In this document: one piece after another, positions 18,455 to 26,456 of the stretch
Layout of the letters: each line of letters opens with the position of its first letter
Numbering within the stretch: the stretch's first letter is position 1
Assembly: GCA_965203355.1 (NCBI GenBank)
Contig: OZ241889.1
Location: 2,208,001 to 2,272,000, forward strand
DNA length: 64,000 nucleotides
Source: Candidatus Latescibacterota bacterium
GTDB lineage: Bacteria; Latescibacterota; UBA2968; UBA8231
Reading direction: 5' to 3'
The notes under the pieces: model-generated
Database searches by the model: none
Told to the model about the DNA's origin: nothing
Seen by the model: only the letters and a program-made list of their open reading frames with translations
Made by a program: the position numbers and the translations under genes

Positions 18455-20347
18455 CTAAAGTGCGGCGGGCATGGGTTTGAATTGGCAGCCCTCGACGAAA
18501 AGTTCAAAAAAGTCCGGGGTCGTCTCCAGCTCGACGTGCTCGACGCGCTTGGCCAACGCTTCGATGTGGGCGCGTTTGCTGGCCGAAAGGAGTACTTCGC
18601 GGGCTCCTTGAACGGCGGCATTGCCTACCTTGGCGATGCGCGTTGTAGGCACCGGGGCCAAAAAGCCAATGTCGATGGCCGCTTGGACATCGACGTAGTT
18701 GGCAAAGCCACCGGCGAGGTAGAGCTGTTGCACGTCGCTTGGGTTTAGGCCCAAGGTCCGCAAGACGATGTACTGGCCGCAGAAATTGGCGGCTTTGGCT
18801 TGGGCGAGGTTGGACGCGTCGAGACGCGAGAAAGTGATGCCGCGCTCGGGGACTAGCTCAAACTGGCGTTTTTTGGCGGCGAATACGCCCTTGGGCGTCA
18901 TCAAGTCGTGGCGGCGCAACTCGGCGAGGAGGTCGATCAGCCCGGAGCCACACAGTCCCACCGGCGCGGTGTCGCCGATGGTGGCCCACTGCCAGCGTGC
19001 GCCGTCCCAGCGGATGGATTCAATGGCTCCGTCGCAGCCGGGCATCCCGTAGGTGATACCGCCGCCCTCAAAGGCCGGGCCGGCCGGGCAAGAGGCCGCG
19101 ACGAGGCGGCCTTGGTGCGCGACGACGACTTCGGTGTTGGTGCCTACATCGACTAGCATCGCGCACTCGCTGGCCAGGTCCATATCGACGGCGACTAAGT
19201 CGGCGGCTACGTCCGCGCCGACGTGGCTGGCGATCAGCGGCAGCGAGTACGCGCGCGCTTTGGGATTGGCCTTCAGGCCGAGGCGGCGGGTTTTTTCGAC
19301 TAGGCTGGTCGCGGTGCGTTCGCCGTTTAGGTATGCGTGCTCAATGCGCGATTTGTAGGGCTTTTGGCCGATGCTCTGCACGTCGAGGCGGAAGAGGATA
19401 TCGCGCATCGTCGAGTTGCCAGCGACCGCGATCTCGTAAATCGCCTGCCGCACAAAGCCGCCGCGCTGGCATAGGCCGGCGATCTCGTGGTTGAGTGCTT
19501 TGACTAGGGCTTGGCGCAGCTCGCCGGGGTGTTGCCCGTCGTAGGAAATGCGGTGCATGATGTCGCTGCCACCAAAGCGCTGTGGGTTTTCAAATGCGCT
19601 CAAATGCACGCTCTCGCCCGTCTCCAGATCGACTAAGTCGAGGACAATGGTGGTGGTGCCCAAGTCGATGGCTAAGCCGTAGAGGTGGCCGCGGTATTGG
19701 TCGATTTCCTCGTCGCCGTAGTAGATGGATTGCCCGCGCCGCTGGACTACGGGGTCGATAGCGGTGGGTCGATCCAAGGTCTGGGTCAGTATGCGAGGCG
19801 TGCGAAAAAGCGGTGCGAACTCGATATCGACATCCGCGTCCTCGACTTTAGCTTGGCAGGCGAGCCGGAACTCACCGCCGAGGAAGTCTTCGGCTGGCGT
19901 GGGTGCGCTGAGGGCTTGTGCGCCCCTTGTGACCTCGACGATGCACTCGTGGCAATGGCCCGTGCGTCCGCAGGAGGTGGGGACGCGGGCACCGAGTTGA
20001 TCCGCGTAGTCAAAGAGGGTGCCGCCGACCGACAGCGGATAGGAGGTGCCGTCGCTGCGGATTTGCCCGCGGCCGGGGGTGGCCGGACGTGGGTCCGTCT
20101 CCCAGGCCGAGCGGTAGTCGAGCTGGTCGTCACTGCCACACTGGAACAGCCCGCCCGACTCTTTTGGCTTGCGCTGGTTGCGGCAACCGAAATGAGCGGT
20201 GCATTGGTCGAAGCGGTTCTTGTACGGGCAGCGAAAGGTCGCCTGCACGTCGGCATGGGTGGCGATGCCCGCGAGGATGCCCGACAGGCGGTCGAGACGC
20301 TTTTGGTACTCTTGGGGGTCGATTTGGGTCATTGGGCGGAGCGTCAT
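18455..20347 (-). CDS. ASKHA-type ATP-dependent reductive activator of corrinoid proteins (RACo/DUF4445) with 2Fe-2S domain
   Basis: CGRTGHCHEC...RLACQ, DLGTTT, DVGTNTE, AGPAFEG, GLCGSG, LAGGF and GNAA motifs. Start may be 20332. Confidence 0.9.
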   Translation of the reverse strand: MTLRPMTQIDPQEYQKRLDRLSGILAGIATHADVQATFRCPYKNRFDQCTAHFGCRNQRKPKESGGLFQCGSDDQLDYRSAWETDPRPATPGRGQIRSDGTSYPLSVGGTLFDYADQLGARVPTSCGRTGHCHECIVEVTRGAQALSAPTPAEDFLGGEFRLACQAKVEDADVDIEFAPLFRTPRILTQTLDRPTAIDPVVQRRGQSIYYGDEEIDQYRGHLYGLAIDLGTTTIVLDLVDLETGESVHLSAFENPQRFGGSDIMHRISYDGQHPGELRQALVKALNHEIAGLCQRGGFVRQAIYEIAVAGNSTMRDILFRLDVQSIGQKPYKSRIEHAYLNGERTATSLVEKTRRLGLKANPKARAYSLPLIASHVGADVAADLVAVDMDLASECAMLVDVGTNTEVVVAHQGRLVAASCPAGPAFEGGGITYGMPGCDGAIESIRWDGARWQWATIGDTAPVGLCGSGLIDLLAELRRHDLMTPKGVFAAKKRQFELVPERGITFSRLDASNLAQAKAANFCGQYIVLRTLGLNPSDVQQLYLAGGFANYVDVQAAIDIGFLAPVPTTRIAKVGNAAVQGAREVLLSASKRAHIEALAKRVEHVELETTPDFFELFVEGCQFKPMPAAL

Positions 20348-20666
20348 TATCGTTCAATCGCCCCAGGATGCGTGGGCCGGATGGTGCGTTTTTGCTCATT
20401 CGCGATAGCCATTACAGCCTCTCTTTAATGATAATCTGTGATCGCCAAGTCGTAGGCGGCCCGTTGACAAAGCGAAAGCAGATACGCCACTGGTCGTTGA
20501 TGGATATGGAGGGTTGGCCTTGGCGATTCCCCTTCAAGGAATGTAGACGATTGCCGAGCGGGACGAGCAAGTCGTTCAAGGTCTGAGCAAGATCAATGTA
20601 CTCTAATCGCCGCATAGCTCTTTGAATTAGATCGGATTGTCCTTCTGTATAGACCCTGTGTTTATC
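20347..20666 (-). pseudogene. higBA: Degenerate higB-higA toxin-antitoxin remnant
   Basis: HigB core NRLHSLKGNRQGQ.SISINDQWRICF with a frameshifted tail AYDLAITDYH*; then a HigA start MAIANEQKRTIRPTHPGAI truncated after 21 aa (20412-20347). Confidence 0.82.
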
Positions 20667-20683
20667 CTAGTCGCTGGAGCGTT

Positions 20684-21430
20684 TCACGGCTCGCTCAGCA
20701 GGTCCTTGGCCAAGGCCACGCAGGCGAGAGCGTCCTTGCCGTAGCCATCGGCACCCATGTCGTCGGCAAATTCTTGGGTTACAGGTGCGCCGCCGACCAT
20801 GATTCTGACGTCGTCGCGCAAGTCGGCGTCGATGAAGGCCTCGATGGTCTTGCCCATGTTGGGCATCGTGGTGGTCAACAGGGCCGACATGCCCAAAAGC
20901 GGAGCTTGGTGTTCTTCGACAGCGTCGATGAACTCGTCTGCGGAGGTATCGACGCCTAGGTCGTGGACGACGAAGCCAGCCCCGCGCAGCATCATGATGC
21001 ACAAGTTTTTGCCGATGTCGTGTAGATCGCCCTTGACCGTGCCCATGATTACAACGCCGATGGGCTCGACGCCCGAGGCCGAGAGAATAGGCTCGATGTG
21101 GGCCATACCGGCCTTCATGGCGCGGGCACAGGCCAATACTTCGGGGACGAAGATGAAGTTTTCGCGGAATTTGATACCGACGATGGCCATGCCGGCGATC
21201 AGCCCGTCGTCCATGACTTCGAGGGCCTCCACGCCCGCGGCAATAGCTTGGCTGGTCTGCTCATCGACTGTTTGGTGGTCGCCGTCAATGAGGGCCGCGG
21301 CGATGTCCTGCATCGGTTCGCTGGCTTGGGCAAAGAGATTGGTGATGCGCTCGCGCTCTTCGTCGCGCTCGATAAACTCTTCGATCTCGTCGCGGATAAA
21401 TTCATTGGCGATGTCGTTAATGTCTGCCAT
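20684..21430 (-). CDS. Corrinoid (B12-binding) protein
   Basis: Cap domain FVPEV..ARAM; DLHDIGKN (DxHxxG), SALLTTT and VGGAP motifs. Confidence 0.93.
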   Translation of the reverse strand: MADINDIANEFIRDEIEEFIERDEERERITNLFAQASEPMQDIAAALIDGDHQTVDEQTSQAIAAGVEALEVMDDGLIAGMAIVGIKFRENFIFVPEVLACARAMKAGMAHIEPILSASGVEPIGVVIMGTVKGDLHDIGKNLCIMMLRGAGFVVHDLGVDTSADEFIDAVEEHQAPLLGMSALLTTTMPNMGKTIEAFIDADLRDDVRIMVGGAPVTQEFADDMGADGYGKDALACVALAKDLLSEP

Positions 21431-21451
21431 AGGGTCTCTTCTTTTCTTCTT

Positions 21452-22486
21452 TTAGTTGTGCGCTTGGTCGCGGTGCCACTCGGACACCGTGCGGGGAATG
21501 GCCTTGAGGTTTTCGATGGCAGTCTGCAAGGGGATGGCGCACTCTGGGCCGATGAGCTGGACGCCGGCTTCGAGATTGCGCACGACTTCTGCGCCGACGG
21601 CTTCCGGGCCTTTGGCAAAGAGGGTCTCCGGGTTGTTGATGTTGCCGACCAACGAGATGCGGTCGCGCACGATTTGGGTGGATTCTTCGGGCGTGTTCTT
21701 GGAATCGAAGTGGAACGCCGCCATGCCAGTTTGGGCGATGTACTCCATGCGGTCAACTGTGCGTCCGCAGATGTGGAGGATGATGGGCACGGATAGCCGC
21801 TCGGCAAACTCGATGTGCAAGTCGCGCAGGTAGCGCTTGTAGTACTCGCCGCTGACGAGGTCGCCCGTGGCGTGGTCGGGTAGGGTCAACGCGTCGGCAC
21901 CGGCTTCGATCTGTGCCTGCCCAAACTCAATGGTGATCTCCTTCATGCGGTCGAGACAGAGCTTGGTCTTGCCGGGATCGTCGAGTGATAGCAGCAGAAA
22001 AGGCTCGACTCCAAAGCAATGGTAGCCCAGCGACCAAGGCCCCATGGTCTTGCCGACGATGGCGACTTCGTCGCCGTATTCCCGGCGCAGAATTTTGATC
22101 GCCTCGGTGACGCAGGCCGTGTCGGGGTGAGTGCAGAGGTCGGCGGGGACTTGGATGTCGTCTGGCTCGTGCCAGATCGGTTCGCTCATGCGGACCGTGG
22201 GCCAGTTGTCCTTTTGCTCCCACTGGATTTTGCACCCGAGGGCCGAGGACTCTTGAATGATGGTGAAGACCGGCATGATGGTGTCAAAGCCCAGTTCGGT
22301 GTAGCCGGTGGCGGCCAGCCGTGCCATGAGTTCAGGCTCGCGGTTGGCCGCGGGGAAGGGCGCATCGACGAGGTCCATTAATTCGACGGTGGCCACCGAG
22401 GTCGGGTTGCAGAGTGGGGTGCGGTCCACAGGCTCGCGGGCGAGAGCGGCGAGGACGCGCTCGCGACTGGTCATCGAAAAAGGCAT
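21452..22486 (-). CDS. MtaA/CmuA family methyltransferase (UroD superfamily)
   Basis: MTSRERVLAAL..EPVDR start; Zn motif LHICG...PEC; LVGNIN. Confidence 0.88.
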   Translation of the reverse strand: MPFSMTSRERVLAALAREPVDRTPLCNPTSVATVELMDLVDAPFPAANREPELMARLAATGYTELGFDTIMPVFTIIQESSALGCKIQWEQKDNWPTVRMSEPIWHEPDDIQVPADLCTHPDTACVTEAIKILRREYGDEVAIVGKTMGPWSLGYHCFGVEPFLLLSLDDPGKTKLCLDRMKEITIEFGQAQIEAGADALTLPDHATGDLVSGEYYKRYLRDLHIEFAERLSVPIILHICGRTVDRMEYIAQTGMAAFHFDSKNTPEESTQIVRDRISLVGNINNPETLFAKGPEAVGAEVVRNLEAGVQLIGPECAIPLQTAIENLKAIPRTVSEWHRDQAHN

Positions 22487-22497
22487 GATAGACTCCT

Positions 22498-23139
22498 TTA
22501 TTCTCGGGCGCTAGGGGCGGCGAGGACGCCGCGGCTGGCCATGGCTTCGGCTTCGCGCACGGCGATGCGCACGTTGGGGGCGCGGACGAGCAACAGGCCG
22601 ATTAAGGCGTCGTGGGCATGGCCGCAGCCAAAGCGGACTTGGTTGGGTTGGTCGGCGACTTCCTCCATTTCGCCGAGGCGGATTAGGCCGCGGGCGATAG
22701 TGGTGACGCGGCGTTGTGCGCCGGGCACTTGTTCGGTGGCGCGGGCCTCGTACAAACCCTGCCCGAGACTGGCGACGGCGATGGAGGTGTTGGCCTTGTT
22801 GTCGAAAATGTGCAGCGGACGCGGCTGAGGGTCGAGCGCTGGATCGAGCTTGCAGACCTCGAGAAAAAGCCGCTTGACGGCGAACAGATGCGCGTGGCCG
22901 CAGGGGAAGCGGAGCAGGCCGTCGCTGGTTTGTTCCATGCCGCCGAGCACCTGCATGGCGGCCGCGACCCCGGCGACGCGCTCGGCGGCCCCGGGGAGAT
23001 GGCTATAGGTGTGGACTTGGTAGGCGGGGGCGTGGTCCGGGCTAGGGCCATAGAGGGCGATGGAGATGTCGTAAAAGTGGGGATCCATGGAGACCAACTC
23101 TATGCGCGGGCCGAGGTCCAAAGTCTGTGTCATCTGCAT
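22498..23139 (-). CDS. Hypothetical protein with duplicated RFxCGHAH motif; first gene of the methyl-transfer operon
   Basis: GAGGA RBS before ATG at 23139; two half-domains ending LRFPCGHAH and VRFGCGHAH. Confidence 0.75.
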   Translation of the reverse strand: MQMTQTLDLGPRIELVSMDPHFYDISIALYGPSPDHAPAYQVHTYSHLPGAAERVAGVAAAMQVLGGMEQTSDGLLRFPCGHAHLFAVKRLFLEVCKLDPALDPQPRPLHIFDNKANTSIAVASLGQGLYEARATEQVPGAQRRVTTIARGLIRLGEMEEVADQPNQVRFGCGHAHDALIGLLLVRAPNVRIAVREAEAMASRGVLAAPSARE

Positions 23140-23192
23140 TTCCTCTTGACAGCAAAACGTTAAGTTGAGTACTGTTTTGGACAAAATAGCTA

Positions 23193-23205
23193 ATGGTCAG
23201 ACCAT
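23193..23205. promoter_or_regulatory. FadR-subfamily operator palindrome ATGGTCAGACCAT
   Basis: Perfect 6-1-6 inverted repeat matching the TGGT-N3-ACCA GntR/FadR consensus, lying between divergent genes. Confidence 0.72.
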
Positions 23206-23276
23206 CGGCAAATATTTTCCGCCATCCGCGATCGAGTACCTTGGCCCACTTTAACAAAAAAGCCGCCGCCACGGCC

Positions 23277-23990
23277 ATGCGCCCGGTGCAGCGCACATCC
23301 GTCAGTGACGCGATTATCGCGCAGATAACGGACTTAATCGAGCGCAACATTCTCAAGCCCGGCGACAGGCTGCCGCCAGAGCGGGAGTTGTGCAAGCGCT
23401 TTCAGGTTGGGCGCTCCTCGCTGCGCGAAGCCCTGCGCTCGCTATCCATGATGGGCCTGCTCGACGGCCGCGTGGGCGAGGGCACATTTGTCTGTGACAA
23501 GGGCCAATACGTGGAGCGGGCGTTGCAGTGGGGTTTTTTACTCGATGGCAAGAAACTCCAAGACCTGAGCGAGACGCGGATGATGCTCGAGTCGCAAAAC
23601 GCCTATTTGGCGGCTGAGCGGGCCACCCCCGAGGATTTGACGGCCATGGCCGACGCGCTGGCCGGCATGGCCGGAGGGCTGGCCGACGAGGGACGCTTTC
23701 TCGCTAGCGATTTGCAGTTCCACCTCCTGATTGCCCGGGCCACGCATAATTCCATCCTCTACAGCTTGCTCGAGACCACGCGCAACTATCTCCAAGCATG
23801 GATCGAGAAAAGCTTGGCCGAGCCGTCTCTGGCTGGCCCCCGGGCCGAACTGTCGCTGGCCGAGCACCAGCAGATCCTAACGGCATTAAAGCGGCGGGAC
23901 GCGGAGGCTGCACGGCAGGCGATGGCAGCGCACATCCGCTCTAGTAGCGGAGATTTGCAGCGGACTAGCCGTCAATCAGGGTCCGATTGA
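23277..23990 (+). CDS. GntR/FadR family transcriptional regulator
   Basis: PGDRLPPERELC..FQVGRSSLREAL wHTH; FCD domain with D..FH...A....N and EH..I. Confidence 0.93.
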   Translation: MRPVQRTSVSDAIIAQITDLIERNILKPGDRLPPERELCKRFQVGRSSLREALRSLSMMGLLDGRVGEGTFVCDKGQYVERALQWGFLLDGKKLQDLSETRMMLESQNAYLAAERATPEDLTAMADALAGMAGGLADEGRFLASDLQFHLLIARATHNSILYSLLETTRNYLQAWIEKSLAEPSLAGPRAELSLAEHQQILTALKRRDAEAARQAMAAHIRSSSGDLQRTSRQSGSD

Positions 23991-24969
23991 CGAATTCGGT
24001 GACCTCCTCGATTTGCTCCAACCCGGTTAAAATCAAGCTCTGGGCGATGCGCCGCGAGAGGCCGACGAGGCGCTCGTCTTCGAGCGCGACTGGCTGGCGG
24101 CCATCGGTCGCGCTCAATAGCAGGCAGCCGAGATCGCGCACGGCTTGGTGTTTGACTTCCTCGACTTTCTTGTAGTTCGCGCTCTGAAAATAGCTGTTCC
24201 AGAATACATTGACGGCCTCTAAATAGGCGGCTTTTTGGGCGGTATTCTGCATGGCCTTGATGCACATATCGGCCGTGTAGAAGGCGAGGTCAAAGGCGGG
24301 GTAGCCGTAGTGGGCGGTGGCAAAATCAACCCAATAGGGATGGCCGTTGGCGACCCATATATTGCGGGGCCGCAAGTCGCCTAAGACGAGGCAAAATCCC
24401 TCTTTGAGCAAGCGGTTGGTGTGGACGGCAATGGCCTTTTTGAGGTCGGGATAGGTGTTGGTGATGTAGTTGTAGTGCGGGTCGATGCGCAGTTGCTCAA
24501 ATACCTTAGTGGATTCAAACTCGTCGGCGACCTCGGACGAGTCGGCGGTCTCGTTGTGGACCGTGGCTAGCAGTTCGCCGCACTGGACGGCGATTTGCAG
24601 GTCGATGCGGCCATTGACCAAGTCGCTCTCCCACGACAGGGCGTTGTGCGGCGGTGGGGTTGTCACGAGGATGAAGTTCGTGCGGTCTTCGAGCAGGACT
24701 TCCGGCAAGATCTCGGGATCGAGGAATTGCGCTAAGCGCTCAATGCAGCTTTTCTCGGCGAAGATGCGCCGCCGATCGATCCACCAGCGTCCCTTGATTT
24801 GGGCGCGCGAGTGCGCCTGCTTGACGATCCAAGATCGATTGGCAGCTTCTACGTAGTACACCCGGTTTTTTAGCCCGTCACTCAAGCTCTGGACGCGGAC
24901 CGGCCCCTCGTCATCGAGCAGTTTTTTGCGTTTCAGATAATTGGATATAGCCTTTTTCTCTAGGTTCAT
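23965..24969 (-). CDS. Aminoglycoside phosphotransferase / methylthioribose kinase-like protein
   Basis: IVKQA, F.QLRIDP, GDLRPRN, DF and PAFDL motifs. Confidence 0.75.
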   Translation of the reverse strand: MNLEKKAISNYLKRKKLLDDEGPVRVQSLSDGLKNRVYYVEAANRSWIVKQAHSRAQIKGRWWIDRRRIFAEKSCIERLAQFLDPEILPEVLLEDRTNFILVTTPPPHNALSWESDLVNGRIDLQIAVQCGELLATVHNETADSSEVADEFESTKVFEQLRIDPHYNYITNTYPDLKKAIAVHTNRLLKEGFCLVLGDLRPRNIWVANGHPYWVDFATAHYGYPAFDLAFYTADMCIKAMQNTAQKAAYLEAVNVFWNSYFQSANYKKVEEVKHQAVRDLGCLLLSATDGRQPVALEDERLVGLSRRIAQSLILTGLEQIEEVTEFVNRTLIDG

Positions 24970-24978
24970 GGGCTTCTC

Positions 24979-25866
24979 TCAGGAGGTAATGGGGGTGGTG
25001 CCCCGCACCTGTTCGACTTGGCTGGCGGCATGGTACGAGCTGCGCACCAACGGGCCAGACTCGACGTGGCGAAAGCCCAAGCCGAGGGCAAAACGCCGCC
25101 ACTGGGCGAATTCGTCGGGGTGGACGAAGTGCTCTACGGGCACGTGGTGGGCGGACGGGCTTAGGTATTGGCCCAAGGTCAGAATGGCGCACCCGACATC
25201 CGCTAGATCTTGGATGCTCTGGGCTATTTCTTTTTTGGTCTCGCCGGCTCCTAGCATCATGCCGGACTTGGTAGGGGCTGGACTCATGTTGCGGGCTCGG
25301 TCGAGGAGCTCGAGGGAGCGGCCGTACTGGGCTTGCGGGCGCATGGTGGGGTAGAGGCGCGGCGGCGTCTCGATGTTGTGATTGAGGATGTCCGGGCCGG
25401 CTTCAAGGACGGTCGCTAGGGCCTGCCAGTCGCCCTTGAAGTCTGGGATCAGGACTTCGACGCTCGTCTCGGGGCAAAGGTGATGTACTGCCGCAATCGT
25501 CCGGGCGAAGATGCGTGCTCCGCCATCTGGCAGTTCGTCGCGATTGACCGAGGTAATCACCGCGTGATTTAGCCCGAGGCGGGCAATGGCTGTGGCAACG
25601 CGCTCCGGCTCTTCTTCGTCGAGGCGTTGGGGCCGCCCGGTCTTGATCGCGCAAAATCCGCAACGGCGGGTGCATACATCGCCCAAAATCATAAAGGTCG
25701 CCGTGCGTTGGCTCCAGCACTCGCCGATGTTGGGGCAGTGCGCACTCTCGCACACCGTGTTAAGCTGTAGGTCGGCGAGCAGGTTTTTTAGGGCGATGTA
25801 ATTGGGGTGGCCTGGGGCTTTGGCCTTGAGCCAAGGTGGGAGTCGGCGCTTGGAGTTAGATGTCAT
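24979..25866 (-). CDS. lipA: Lipoyl synthase
   Basis: CESAHCPNIGEC, CTRRCGFC and VRSSY motifs. Confidence 0.97.
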   Translation of the reverse strand: MTSNSKRRLPPWLKAKAPGHPNYIALKNLLADLQLNTVCESAHCPNIGECWSQRTATFMILGDVCTRRCGFCAIKTGRPQRLDEEEPERVATAIARLGLNHAVITSVNRDELPDGGARIFARTIAAVHHLCPETSVEVLIPDFKGDWQALATVLEAGPDILNHNIETPPRLYPTMRPQAQYGRSLELLDRARNMSPAPTKSGMMLGAGETKKEIAQSIQDLADVGCAILTLGQYLSPSAHHVPVEHFVHPDEFAQWRRFALGLGFRHVESGPLVRSSYHAASQVEQVRGTTPITS

Positions 25867-26248
25867 AGGATAGAAAAAGAAAAACTAAAATAGATAGGAT
25901 ATAATACGACTCCAGTACGTTAATATCAAGACTTAGTGGGCACTGGTAATGGTACATTTTGCAATCTCCAATTGTTGCGGTACGGTTGAGGTCGGGCTTG
26001 GGGTGCCGGGGTTCAGGCGGAGCGGGAGTGAGGGCGTAAAGCTAAATACCACTACCGACGAATGGCCTTCGGCATCTGCCGCTTCTTGCGACGAGCCGCG
26101 GCCAAACCCAGAACATTGAGGTCCCATTTTCGTGATTCGCGGTGTCGTGTGTGCTACTTGAGCAGCAGCATCTTCTGGACGGCGAGGAACGTTTCATCCG
26201 CTTGCAAGCGGTCCGTAGGCTGTCGATCGGACGTTCATAAAGGAAAAG

Positions 26249-26281
26249 AAAATGGGACCCCAGAACATCGGGGTCCCATTT
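26249..26281 (-). terminator. Intrinsic terminator (repeat copy)
   Basis: AAATGGGACCCC-loop-GGGGTCCCATTT hairpin with T-run on the minus strand. Confidence 0.75.
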
Positions 26282-26399
26282 CCGTAACTTGCGGTGTCGT
26301 GTGTGCTACTTGAGCGACAGCATCTTCTGGACAGCGAGGAACGTTTCATCCGCTTGCAAGCGGTCCGTAGGCTGTCGATCGGACGTTCATAAGGAAAAG

Positions 26400-26433
26400 A
26401 AAATGGGACCCCAGAACATCGGGGTCCCATTTT
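26400..26433 (-). terminator. Intrinsic terminator of the large surface-protein gene
   Basis: AAAATGGGACCCC-loop-GGGGTCCCATTTT hairpin 23 nt after the stop. Confidence 0.82.
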
Positions 26434-26456
26434 CGTGCTTCGCGGTGCCGCGTGTG

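Noticed and set aside
23140-23277. Cobalamin or SAM riboswitch ahead of the B12/methionine genes
   Set aside because: The gap is short, I found no B12-box or SAM-I core, and a FadR operator explains the region.
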